From an uncultured Nitrososphaerota archaeon (GTDB lineage Archaea; Thermoproteota; Nitrososphaeria; Nitrososphaerales; Gagatemarchaeaceae): a stretch of DNA of 64,000 nucleotides. The stretch covers positions 320,001-384,000 of the forward strand of contig CAWISW010000001.1 in assembly GCA_963838925.1 (NCBI GenBank), written 5' to 3'. Positions 20,776 to 29,530 of this stretch are shown in pieces. The translations under genes and the position numbers were made by a program. Below the pieces are notes generated by a model. The model had not been told where the DNA came from. It saw only the letters and a list, made by a program, of their open reading frames with translations, and ran no database searches. How positions within the stretch are numbered: position 1 is the stretch's first letter; every line of letters begins with the position of its first letter.

Positions 20776-21828
20776 TCACATCTTGGTTGCCAGAGAAGAG
20801 ACGGCGGTCCTGAGGGAGTCCGCCCCGGCCTTCACGAGCTCCGACGGCCTGACCATGCCCATGCCTTTGAGGAGCTCTTCGGAGATCAGCCTGTTCGGGC
20901 CTGACGTCAGCTCCCCGGTCACGTTGGAGTAGTCGGGCTCCTTGTCGAGGGCGTAGCAGTGCATGGCGTGGATGTCGAGGACCGACCTGACCACCTCGTA
21001 CCCGAGGAACGAGTAGCACTCTACCGTGTCCAGCGACTGGAGCAGCTCCGTCGCCTTGCCGCGCACTATCGCCATCGCGTCGTCAGCCCGGTACCTGCCG
21101 AACCTCAGCGACATCTGCATGTCCATGGCGGTGGTCCGCATGACGTCGTAGAGGACGGAGACGGTCTCCAGGCGGTTCTCGCAGGACGCCCTCGAGGCGA
21201 GCCTGAACCCCGACGCCTCGGTCCACTCCTTGAAGCTCGCAGACTTCCTCCTGGAGAGCCCCTTCATCTGGGCGAAGAGGTGGCTGGGCGAGGGCACCTG
21301 GAGGCTGGAGAATATCTCCGAGAAGCAGAGGTCGGTCGAGGCCGACGTCAGCCAAAAGTCTGCCTCAGGCAGGTTCTGCGCGACGTTCTGGTCCACCCTC
21401 CCCAGGGCCTTCAGCGCGGCGGCGAGGTGGGACTCCGCCGCCTTGGCGCAGTTCTCCCTGAACTTCCTGTCGCAGTTCGCGACGGTGCCGGCAAGGAGCA
21501 GCGAGCCGTCCCTCAGGATCTTTGCCCTCGCGAGCGCGGCGGCGAGCTCCGGGTCCGGGTTGCGCAGCTCCCTCTCGGGCCTGAACACTATCTTCGCGTA
21601 GAACTCGCCCGCGCGCACGTACTTCGGGGGCGTGGGGTCCTTGCTGACCACGATGAGGTCGTACTCGCAGCTCTTCCTCGCCATCCTCGCCGTGTGGCAT
21701 CCCACGATGGCCACCTCGTTCGAGGGGTACGTCTTCAGCACGCTGAGGATCGTCTGCGTGTTCGGGTCGACATCCTGCGAGGGCGGAGGGACTCCGCGCG
21801 TCCTCGAGGCGGCAGGCCTGCGGCTCAT
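20776..21828 (-). CDS. Conserved hypothetical protein, nucleotidyltransferase-like N-terminus
   Basis: IVGC......SCEYDLIVV resembles pol-beta NTase motif; helical C-terminus; coding-like codon use in operon. Confidence 0.6.
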   Translation of the reverse strand: MSRRPAASRTRGVPPPSQDVDPNTQTILSVLKTYPSNEVAIVGCHTARMARKSCEYDLIVVSKDPTPPKYVRAGEFYAKIVFRPERELRNPDPELAAALARAKILRDGSLLLAGTVANCDRKFRENCAKAAESHLAAALKALGRVDQNVAQNLPEADFWLTSASTDLCFSEIFSSLQVPSPSHLFAQMKGLSRRKSASFKEWTEASGFRLASRASCENRLETVSVLYDVMRTTAMDMQMSLRFGRYRADDAMAIVRGKATELLQSLDTVECYSFLGYEVVRSVLDIHAMHCYALDKEPDYSNVTGELTSGPNRLISEELLKGMGMVRPSELVKAGADSLRTAVSSLATKM

Positions 21829-21847
21829 CGCTCCATCCCCATTCCCC

Positions 21848-22870
21848 TCAGTCCGTTATGAGCGCCTTCATGCACTGCTGCTCGGCCGCCGCAGCGAAGG
21901 CCTGCTCCGACTCCGCCAGGGGGAACCTGTGCGTGATGAGGTCGGTGACCGAGACCGCGCCCGCCGCCAAGAGCTTCGTCGCCGACGCCGTCTCATTCTC
22001 GCTCGACGCGTAGCTCGTCACCACGGACGTCCCGTTGAGGAACATCTGCGCGAGGTCGATCGTCCCCTTCGCCCCCCTCTTCGGCGCACCGAAGAGCAGC
22101 ACCCGCCCGCCCCTCGCAGCCTGCCTCGTGGCGTCCTCGAAGGCCGAGGTGCTCGCGGTCGCGACCACCACGAGCTCGGGCCCTCCCGGCATCGCTGTCC
22201 GGAGCGTCCTCTCCTTCTCCTCCTGGTTCGCGGGGTTGAAGACGACATCCGCGCCGACCTTGCGGGAGAAGGAGTTCCGGTACTCGCTCACGTCGCCCAC
22301 GGCGACGTTCTTGATCCCCGCGTGGCGAAGAAGCTTGAAGATCATGAGCCCCACTGGACCGGCGCCGTAGATCGCAGCGCCCCGCACGCGTTGCACGACC
22401 GCGGTCTCCAGCCCCAGGATGCAGCACGAGAGCGGCTCGATGAAGCTCGCCTCCTCGTAGCCGAGGCCCTCGGGGAGCTCGATCACCGCCCCGCGGTCGA
22501 CGTTGAACTTGGGCACGATGAAGCGCTCCGCCAGCCCGCACGGCTCGAGGTTGTGCTTCGCGAACTCGTAGCAGTAGGTGGTCTTCCCTCGCTTGCATAT
22601 GTCGCACGACAGGCAGGGGACGTGGTGGTGCGCGAACACCCTCATCCCGCGAGAGACGTTCTGCACGCCGCGGCCGACCTCCTCCACCTCTCCCACCGCC
22701 TCGTGACCCAGGATCTTGGTGGTTATCCCGACTCCCTGGACCTTCTCGAGGTCGGTACCGCAGACCCCGCAGCACTTTAGCTTGACGAGGACCTCCCCCT
22801 CCGCTGGGGATGGCTCGGGGACGTCCTCGATCCTTACGCCCCCGGCTTGCCCGACAAGCGCAGCTTTCAT
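21848..22870 (-). CDS. Zinc-dependent alcohol/polyol dehydrogenase (MDR family)
   Basis: CGVCGTD, GHE, C..C..C.......C, EPLSC, GAGPVG. Confidence 0.92.
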   Translation of the reverse strand: MKAALVGQAGGVRIEDVPEPSPAEGEVLVKLKCCGVCGTDLEKVQGVGITTKILGHEAVGEVEEVGRGVQNVSRGMRVFAHHHVPCLSCDICKRGKTTYCYEFAKHNLEPCGLAERFIVPKFNVDRGAVIELPEGLGYEEASFIEPLSCCILGLETAVVQRVRGAAIYGAGPVGLMIFKLLRHAGIKNVAVGDVSEYRNSFSRKVGADVVFNPANQEEKERTLRTAMPGGPELVVVATASTSAFEDATRQAARGGRVLLFGAPKRGAKGTIDLAQMFLNGTSVVTSYASSENETASATKLLAAGAVSVTDLITHRFPLAESEQAFAAAAEQQCMKALITD

Positions 22871-22951
22871 TCTGAGTTACGTGAGCTCCTTCTTGAGAAG
22901 GCTATAAGCGCGCGCATGAAAAATCCATGTCGGCATCCCTGCTCGCCCAGC

Positions 22952-23080
22952 TCACTTTGGAAGTCCGGAGACGTCCTCACAATCGAGCAGTGCGCCGCAG
23001 TTCGGGCATTGATACTTACAAGTGCTGATCTGGACCATCATCGTGCCACAGTAGCAGCGCTCGCCGCTCTGTCTCGACAT
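22952..23080 (-). CDS. Small CPxCG zinc-ribbon protein, 42 aa (MSRQSGERCYCGTMMVQISTCKYQCPNCGALLDCEDVSGLPK)
   Basis: Hand-translated; CxCG and CPNCG knuckles typical of archaeal zinc-finger micro-proteins. Confidence 0.7.
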   Translation of the reverse strand: MSRQSGERCYCGTMMVQISTCKYQCPNCGALLDCEDVSGLPK

Positions 23081-23196
23081 GCGCACCGAGTACCTCAAAA
23101 CCGAGAAACCCCGCCTCGCTAAAAGCACTTCCGCGCTCCTGCGTTCCCGCGGAGCCTTGGTTTATCTACGGACCTAGGCGTCGGAGATGGGCAGTC

Positions 23197-23997
23197 TTGG
23201 CGAAGGGTAGCGACAAGTGGGGGCAGGGTGGCGGGCCGAGGATCCGGGTCGAGGTCATCCTCGCCGTCCTCGTGGCCGTGAGCTTGGTCGGCGTCTACTT
23301 CTACTACCTCGAGGGTCGCGGGCTCTCGGGCACCGAGCAGGGAGGGGTCACGACGGTCACCACGACCGGCATCGGCTGCAACGACAGCAGCTTGCCCCCG
23401 GCCGCCGAGAGCGTGGAGGCAAACCCGACGTTCTTGAACCTCAGCGACGGGCTCTGCTACAACTACATGGGGGGGTCGGTGCCCTCCGTCATGCTCTTCG
23501 CCTACTACAACGGCACCATCGCGTACCCGTGCGGAGACGCGCCCTTTCTCCTGCCCGCTTCCGTCATCCAGGTCCAGACAGACGGCTCGGGGGGAGTCAC
23601 CGCCGCCCAATTGGTGAGCCCGAGCGCGGCCGCTCCCCCAGCAGAGAGGTGCGCTTCAGCGATCCCCCTCGAGGTCGCGTCGGTCACCAGCGTCGAGTCC
23701 ACGATCCCCGCGGTCCCGCAGCTGAACGTCACCCTCACCGTCCCGGTCGGAGGGATGCCCATCGCCAGCGTCCAGGCGGTCTTGACCCTCGACGGGGGGT
23801 CGCAGAAGTTCCAGTTCAACGGCGTGACCGCCACAACGCCGCTGACCTCTCCCAACTCGGTCTCGAGCACGGAGATAGTCCTCTCTGACCTCGCCTTCAG
23901 CGGCAACGAGGTCTACCCTATGACCATCTCAGGCACATACAGCGGAGGGCAGACCTTCAGCTACGTCGTCCACTTCCAAGTATACGGGGCACCCTGA
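23197..23997 (+). CDS. Membrane-anchored extracellular protein
   Basis: N-terminal TM helix; Thr/Ser-rich beta-type ectodomain with 4 Cys. Confidence 0.7.
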   Translation: MAKGSDKWGQGGGPRIRVEVILAVLVAVSLVGVYFYYLEGRGLSGTEQGGVTTVTTTGIGCNDSSLPPAAESVEANPTFLNLSDGLCYNYMGGSVPSVMLFAYYNGTIAYPCGDAPFLLPASVIQVQTDGSGGVTAAQLVSPSAAAPPAERCASAIPLEVASVTSVESTIPAVPQLNVTLTVPVGGMPIASVQAVLTLDGGSQKFQFNGVTATTPLTSPNSVSSTEIVLSDLAFSGNEVYPMTISGTYSGGQTFSYVVHFQVYGAP

Positions 23998-24095
23998 CGG
24001 GCAGTTTCGGTGGAAAACGCGCGAAAAGGGTTTTAGCCATGCGTTTGCACATGGAAATCCAGCTTTTGCCGCCACCGCAGGACTCGGACGAAGGG

Positions 24096-24326
24096 ATGCC
24101 CAGGCTTGTCAGGAGGAACCCTAGCAAGCCCGTGACGAAGTACTGCGTCAACTGCCTCGCCCCGCTTGAGAAGGGGAGCGAGCTCGGCGGCTGGCTCGTG
24201 CCCCAGGACTACTACTGCAAGAAGTGCGGCTACAAGGGGTACGTCTACCTCGAGGACAGGAGGAGCGAGGACGAGGAGGAAAGGCGCGAAAAGGCGCAAT
24301 CGTCGGCCGAGCGCCGAGACCCATAA
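24096..24326 (+). CDS. Small zinc-ribbon protein
   Basis: YCVNC...GWLVPQDYYCKKCGYKG; ATG 24096. Confidence 0.75.
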   Translation: MPRLVRRNPSKPVTKYCVNCLAPLEKGSELGGWLVPQDYYCKKCGYKGYVYLEDRRSEDEEERREKAQSSAERRDP

Positions 24327-24331
24327 CCAAG

Positions 24332-25492
24332 TTGTCCCCCAAGGCGAGGGCCCTCAACCCGCCCCTCTCGGAACCCGACGACCCAGAGCCTTATCCGAAG
24401 GTGAACTGGCTCTTCTTCTTCGTCGGCATCATCATCTTCACGGTGGCTATGATGTTCGTGTCGTTCCCGGCCGGCCTCTACACCGTCTTCGGGACGCACC
24501 TCTCGAACAGCTACACAGCCTCCACCCGCGTCACCGCCCTGACCTACGACTTTGTCTTCGCGAGCGTGCAGATCCCTGTCTTCGGCCCAATCTTCAGCAC
24601 CCTGGGAGGCATCTTCGTTCTCTTCTCCGCGATCTACTTCGCGTTCCTCGTGTTCGCGGCGAGGCAGGGCTCCGGCCTCCTCGGGGCGCTCCGCTCGTCC
24701 ACCACAAGGGGGTACGACGCGCTCTTCACGAACCCCCTCGCCGCCACCACGGTGCTGGTCGGGGCGACCAGCCTCATGACCCAGCTGGTCGACTCGGTCC
24801 AGACGAACGCCGGGATCTCCACGGGATCGCTGAGTGGGGACCCGTTCTCGCTGCTCGTGGACTTCACCGTCGCCCCCCTGCTCGAAGAGACCACGTTCAG
24901 GGTGATAATGCTGGGCATCCCGGTGCTGGTGCTCTCCCTCATCCTGCTCCGGGGCTTCTCTCTGAAAAAGGCGGCCAAGGTCTTGTGGCGCCCGTCCTCT
25001 TTCTGGGACGTCGACGAGACCGAGGAGGTGGTGACGCCGCGCACATTCAGCGATACGAGCCCGTCGATCTTCCCTGACCAGCAAGCAGACTCTCTCAAGG
25101 TGAGGGCGATGAAGCCAATCGTCTACGTGTTCCTGCTCCTCTCCTCCCTCATCTTCGGATATGCGCACTACGCCTCCGGGGCCGGGTGGGGGCCGGGAAA
25201 GATCAGCGAAGCAGCCCTCGCCGGGCTCGCCCTGGGCTACCTGTATGTCAAGTACGGCTTCCACACCAACGTCCTGCTCCACTGGTCGATCAACTACGTG
25301 GGGAGCGTCTTCTCGTTCCTCGCCCAGGGCCTCTGGGGGGTGCCTTGGACCTCCAACACGGGGAGCTTCCTTGACGTCATCCCCACCGTCGAGATAATCT
25401 TCCTCCTAGGCGTGCCGTCAGCGCTCATCGTGGCAAACGAGCTGCTGAAGCAGGCAATGGGCGGGAAGAAGAAGGGGCTGCCGGCGCTCTAG
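24332..25492 (+). CDS. CPBP (CAAX/Rce1-like, Abi) intramembrane metalloprotease
   Basis: APLLEETTFR (EExxxR), SSLIFGYAH (FxxxH), LLHWSINY (HxxxN); multi-TM; TTG start inferred. Confidence 0.9.
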   Translation: MSPKARALNPPLSEPDDPEPYPKVNWLFFFVGIIIFTVAMMFVSFPAGLYTVFGTHLSNSYTASTRVTALTYDFVFASVQIPVFGPIFSTLGGIFVLFSAIYFAFLVFAARQGSGLLGALRSSTTRGYDALFTNPLAATTVLVGATSLMTQLVDSVQTNAGISTGSLSGDPFSLLVDFTVAPLLEETTFRVIMLGIPVLVLSLILLRGFSLKKAAKVLWRPSSFWDVDETEEVVTPRTFSDTSPSIFPDQQADSLKVRAMKPIVYVFLLLSSLIFGYAHYASGAGWGPGKISEAALAGLALGYLYVKYGFHTNVLLHWSINYVGSVFSFLAQGLWGVPWTSNTGSFLDVIPTVEIIFLLGVPSALIVANELLKQAMGGKKKGLPAL

Positions 25493-25606
25493 CCGCGTTA
25501 GAATCCGCATGGGTTCAGGCTGAGAAAACCATGCGTTCACTGGGGGCAATCCGACCGTGGGGTTAGATTTTGCACGGGGGAAAGTGACTTTCGGTCATGC
25601 AAAGAG

Positions 25607-25627
25607 CAGATTTATAAATCTGGATTA
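25607..25627 (+). promoter_or_regulatory. TATA box inside a perfect 16-bp palindrome CAGATTTATAAATCTG, overlapping motif ATCTGGATTA
   Basis: TTTATAAA at 25611-25618, 23-30 nt before ATG 25641 (leaderless archaeal geometry). Confidence 0.7.
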
Positions 25628-25640
25628 ACGTGAAACGGAC

Positions 25641-25778
25641 ATGGAACTCGACCAGAAGGTCAGATACGCTCTAGTGGCTTTCGCTCTAACCTCGGCAATC
25701 CTGGCAGGGCTCGGGATTCACACGGGGCAGCTAGGCATGCACTTGAAGGCGCTAGAGATCGGCGGCGGGATGGACTAG
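25641..25778 (+). CDS. Small exported peptide precursor 1, 45 aa (MELDQKVRYALVAFALTSAILAGLGIHTGQLGMHLKALEIGGGMD)
   Basis: Hand-translated; own TATA box; basic N-region plus hydrophobic helix plus Gly-rich C-terminus; stop 6 nt from stop of convergent regulator. Confidence 0.75.
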   Translation: MELDQKVRYALVAFALTSAILAGLGIHTGQLGMHLKALEIGGGMD

Positions 25779-25784
25779 CGGTCG

Positions 25785-26957
25785 CTAGCTTAGGTCTCGA
25801 ATCTTAAGCACGATGCCCTCGAGGCGGGGCATGAGCGCGGCGCTGTCAAAGGTCCAGCGGCCGGTCCGCTCGTCCCAAAGGTTGTGGCCTATGGTGAACG
25901 ACTTCATCTCCCTCCTGTCGAGCAAGAACATCTCTGCTCTGTTTCCATAAGGCTTCAGAAGCCTCTTCAGATACTCGAGCGCTTCGTTCACGACTTCCAG
26001 CGGGAAGAACAGCTGCGAGTAGTAGGCGTCGCCCGCGGCCTCGGACCAGAGGAAGGGAAGGCGATTCAGCATGCTCCGAAGCGTCATCTTCTCCTGCTCG
26101 CTCATCTCGCGGACGATCAGCGAGACGCCAAGGTACTCGTGCTTCCCGAACTTCTGGAGCCTTTCGGCGCTGAAGTCGTACTTCATTCCGTTCCAGGTTA
26201 TCGAGTAGTCCCTGATTAGCCTCTGGCCCAGGACGTGATGCGCGTAGTGCCAGCCGAGCGTCTTGTAGTTGACGTCGATGCCGTTCACCTTCTTGATTGC
26301 CGCCCGAATCTCCATCAAGGAGCGGTCGCCGTCCTTCCAAAGCTCCTTCAGGATGAGCAGGTCGATCTTGTCCACTCTCTTCCTCTCGGAGATTGTTGCC
26401 CGGGCGGCTCTTTCGTCGACGGGTGGCGGCCTGCTCCAGTCGAAATCCCAAACGCCCTCGTCGAAGTTGAAGCACTCGGCTCGCATCGGCGAGACCCTGA
26501 ACCAGGGGCAGTCGAAGAACTCGACCGAAGAGAAGACCCCCTTCTCCGCAAGGCTCTCGATGAAGCGGTGGAACTCCTTAGTGAACTCTCGCGGAACTCC
26601 GGCGTGGACTATGTACGTGTCTTGAGGCATGGTTCCCGCATACGCCACGACGTAGCACGTCTCGCTCATCGCCTCGAAGAGCTCGTGCGCCTTCTTGCTG
26701 TAGGGGTCGCAGACCTTGAGCTTCATCACGACCCTGGTCAGTCCTAGGGCGCCGTAGTCGACGTCTGCCTTTATCTGAAAACCCCTCTTGACTATCTTCT
26801 CCTTGTATCGGTACCTGACGCTCTCCTTGAACTGCCCCAGCCGCCTCGATATCTCGGCGATGTCGGGACCTATCTCCGTGATCAGCTTTACGAGCGCGAC
26901 CGTGTTTTCACTGGCATCGTGCTGAACTCCGTCGCTTTGTGGCGGCACGACATCCAA
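25785..26957 (-). CDS. Double-HTH Lrp/AsnC-like transcriptional regulator (paralog A); start uncertain
   Basis: N-terminal HTH (IAEISRRLG..KESVRYR), second HTH (DKIDLLILKEL...TLGWHY), RAM-like intervening domains; colinear with 58084-59175. Confidence 0.75.
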   Translation of the reverse strand: MDVVPPQSDGVQHDASENTVALVKLITEIGPDIAEISRRLGQFKESVRYRYKEKIVKRGFQIKADVDYGALGLTRVVMKLKVCDPYSKKAHELFEAMSETCYVVAYAGTMPQDTYIVHAGVPREFTKEFHRFIESLAEKGVFSSVEFFDCPWFRVSPMRAECFNFDEGVWDFDWSRPPPVDERAARATISERKRVDKIDLLILKELWKDGDRSLMEIRAAIKKVNGIDVNYKTLGWHYAHHVLGQRLIRDYSITWNGMKYDFSAERLQKFGKHEYLGVSLIVREMSEQEKMTLRSMLNRLPFLWSEAAGDAYYSQLFFPLEVVNEALEYLKRLLKPYGNRAEMFLLDRREMKSFTIGHNLWDERTGRWTFDSAALMPRLEGIVLKIRDLS

Positions 26958-27065
26958 GAAATTATTACAGGCTCGAAGTACGGAGTTTCTATATTACGTG
27001 TTATGGAATGGGCTTCTAGATTCCGCCTTCTGCGAGCAGCCGAGCGCGAGTCTATTCGCAGTCTA

Positions 27066-28013
27066 CTAGATTCCGAGCGCCGAGCGCAGGCCCTTGTACC
27101 TGTTCCTGATGGTAACCTCGGTGACGCCCGCAGCCTCTGCGACGTCCCGTTGGGTCTTGTCCTCACCTTCGAGGGTGCAGGACACGTAGAGCGCGGCCGC
27201 CGCGAGGCCCATCGGGTCCTTCCCGGCCGAGATCCGCGCCTCCTCCGCCTTCTTGAGTATCTCTAGAGCCCGCCTCTTGGTCCTCTCCGAGAGCTGCGCC
27301 CTCGACGCGATCCTCGAGACGCACTTCGTGGGGTCGACCACGGGCATCTTGATGTCCATCTCCTTCAGGAGCAGCCTGTAGCACCTGGCGATGTCCTTCT
27401 TCTTCACGTTGGAGACGTTCGCGAGGTCCTTGAGCGTCCTCGGGGTCTCCCTGTCCCTGCAGGCCGCGTACAGGGAGGCGGCGATTATCGCGGAGATGGA
27501 CCTTCCCCTCACCAGCCCCCTCTCCAGAGCCTTCCTGTAGATGTAAGCAGCCTTCTCGACAACGGCGTCGGAGACGGAGAGCTTGTCAGAGAGCCTGTCC
27601 AGCTCGCTGAAGGCCTGCCTGAGGTTCCTGTCCTGGGGCTCGTGGACCTGGCTCCTGCTGTCCCACGTCCTCAGCCTCTCCACCGTCGCCTTCATCGATC
27701 CCGAGAGAGACTTGCCGGAGGCGTCCTTGTTGACGGCTCCTATGACCGTGGCCAGGCCCATGTCGTGCATGGCTATCGAGGTCGGGATGCCGCCCCTCGA
27801 CCTGTCGTCCTTCTCCTCCTTGGAGAACGCCCTCCATTCGGGGCCCGTCTCCTCTATCTTTTCCTTTACCACGAACCCGCAGCTGCTGCAAACCAGCTCT
27901 CCCCCGGCGTTGTCCACGACCATGGGACCCTTCCCGCACCTGGGGCACTTGTCCAGCGCCTTCTGCAACCTCATCAGCCTCGAGAAATCTCTTTCAGATG
28001 ACAAGCAATACAC
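27066..28013 (-). CDS. tfb: Transcription initiation factor IIB (start may be ATG 27974)
   Basis: CPRCG...GELVCSSCG zinc ribbon, GPEWRAF, two cyclin repeats, GKDPMGLAAAALY, VTEVTIRNRY. Confidence 0.97.
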   Translation of the reverse strand: MYCLSSERDFSRLMRLQKALDKCPRCGKGPMVVDNAGGELVCSSCGFVVKEKIEETGPEWRAFSKEEKDDRSRGGIPTSIAMHDMGLATVIGAVNKDASGKSLSGSMKATVERLRTWDSRSQVHEPQDRNLRQAFSELDRLSDKLSVSDAVVEKAAYIYRKALERGLVRGRSISAIIAASLYAACRDRETPRTLKDLANVSNVKKKDIARCYRLLLKEMDIKMPVVDPTKCVSRIASRAQLSERTKRRALEILKKAEEARISAGKDPMGLAAAALYVSCTLEGEDKTQRDVAEAAGVTEVTIRNRYKGLRSALGI

Positions 28014-28136
28014 TCCGGTAAGGCGTGAGCCAAACTTGCAAATCTTTTACACCTATTTAGCTTTTGTGGAGAATTAGGCCTTCTGAGGTTCAGGTTTGCA
28101 TCCGTTTTCTCCTTGGGAGAATCGACGGCCAGTGCA

Positions 28137-29458
28137 GGTTCTGTTAACTCTTCAGCTCAGGCAGTGGGCGAGTCAACTTGCTGGCATCGACTCGGAGGAT
28201 TAGGGTCTTCCTCGTCCCGTTCCCCGTCACTGCTTCACCTGCCAGCCCTTTCTCCTCCTCTATCGTGTGCGAGCGACTTTCCTCCTCTCGCCTCTCCGAC
28301 CGAGGAGAAAGGGAACGGTCGAACCTGGACCGCCCCCTCTCGGATAGGTTCAGGGCCGCGTTCACGTCCCTGTAAATCCACTCCTTGCACTTCTGGCACC
28401 AGAGCATCCTCGCGTGCGCGACATCACCCCTTGCAGGATTGTGGAGCTTCTCCCCACACGCCGAGCACGTCGAGGATGACCCGTAGGTCTCAGACTTTGT
28501 CAGCAGAACCACAGTCAGGCCCTTCCATGCTGCCTTGTATTCGAGCATCTTCTTCGCCTTCCGGTGGGGCCACGAGTTGAGCCTGAACCTGTAGCCTGCA
28601 CCTTGCCCGTTCCCTCTTTGGTACAACCTCCTGATGTCGGTCAGGTCCTCGATAGCAAGCGCAGCCCCTTGCCTCGCCGCGTCATCGACGATATAGTTCG
28701 TGGCCGCGTGGAGGATCTGGTCGCTCCTGTGACGGGCCCTACTCCAGTACTTGCGGGCGAGATTCCTTCGTATCCTGACGTCGTTCCTCTTGAACGATCC
28801 GACTATCTCCCTGGTCGTCTGCCTCATCTTGACCAACTTCGTCATCTCGACCAAGGTGACGTTTTCTTTATCACCGAACGTGATGTTCTTCTCGTTCCTG
28901 TCCAAGCCATAGACTCTTCTTATCTCAACAGGTTCGATGTGCTTCGAATAGCAGAGCGATAGCGAGTCGGGAGTTATGGTGAGGCTCCTGACCTTCCCCT
29001 CTGAGAGCTTCCTGACCGCATATTGATTGAGCTTTATGTCGAAATACTTGTCACGTCTCAGCGGGATGAAGAGCCTCCCCTTCATTGTGATGAAGAAACC
29101 CGAGATGATACATGAAACCGGTCTCAAAGGCCTGGGATGGGCTGCTTTGATTCCTCGCTTCTCGCCTTTGTTGCGACTTTGGACGACTGCGCAGGCGCGC
29201 GTTATCGACGCGACCTTGTAACAAGAAGGAAACTCGGTGTTCCTGAGCGTCCGGTAGAATCCCTTCATCCCCTTGCGGTTCTCAATCCCATGTGCTTCGG
29301 CGTAGTTGACTGCGTCATAGGTCGCTGTTAGACATTCGTTAAGCAGACCACGTAGCTGCTCGCTGGAATGCGATTGGGTGACACACTTTGTTGCCCGCAA
29401 CAATCATCTGGGATGCAATCGTATAAACGCGCCCATGAGCCGAAGAGTTACCAGAGCC
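28137..29458 (-). mobile_element. Non-autonomous tnpB-only element with 23-bp TIRs and 8-bp TSD (copy 1)
   Basis: TIRs 28137-28159 and 29436-29458 (20/23 complementary); direct repeat CCAGTGCA at 28129-28136 and 29459-29466; no transposase inside. Confidence 0.9.
28144..29403 (-). CDS. tnpB: TnpB-family RNA-guided endonuclease
   Basis: RuvC-I VYGLDRN, RuvC-II LAIEDL, zinc ribbon SSTCSACG/WCQKC, RuvC-III RDVNAALNL; stop lies inside TIR. Confidence 0.88.
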   Translation of the reverse strand: MLRATKCVTQSHSSEQLRGLLNECLTATYDAVNYAEAHGIENRKGMKGFYRTLRNTEFPSCYKVASITRACAVVQSRNKGEKRGIKAAHPRPLRPVSCIISGFFITMKGRLFIPLRRDKYFDIKLNQYAVRKLSEGKVRSLTITPDSLSLCYSKHIEPVEIRRVYGLDRNEKNITFGDKENVTLVEMTKLVKMRQTTREIVGSFKRNDVRIRRNLARKYWSRARHRSDQILHAATNYIVDDAARQGAALAIEDLTDIRRLYQRGNGQGAGYRFRLNSWPHRKAKKMLEYKAAWKGLTVVLLTKSETYGSSSTCSACGEKLHNPARGDVAHARMLWCQKCKEWIYRDVNAALNLSERGRSRFDRSLSPRSERREEESRSHTIEEEKGLAGEAVTGNGTRKTLILRVDASKLTRPLPELKS

Positions 29459-29530
29459 CCAGTGCATCAAGCTTTTATATCGAGCCCGGCACTTTGTCGC
29501 CAGGTCGCGCTCGTGGGCTCAGAGTTGGTC

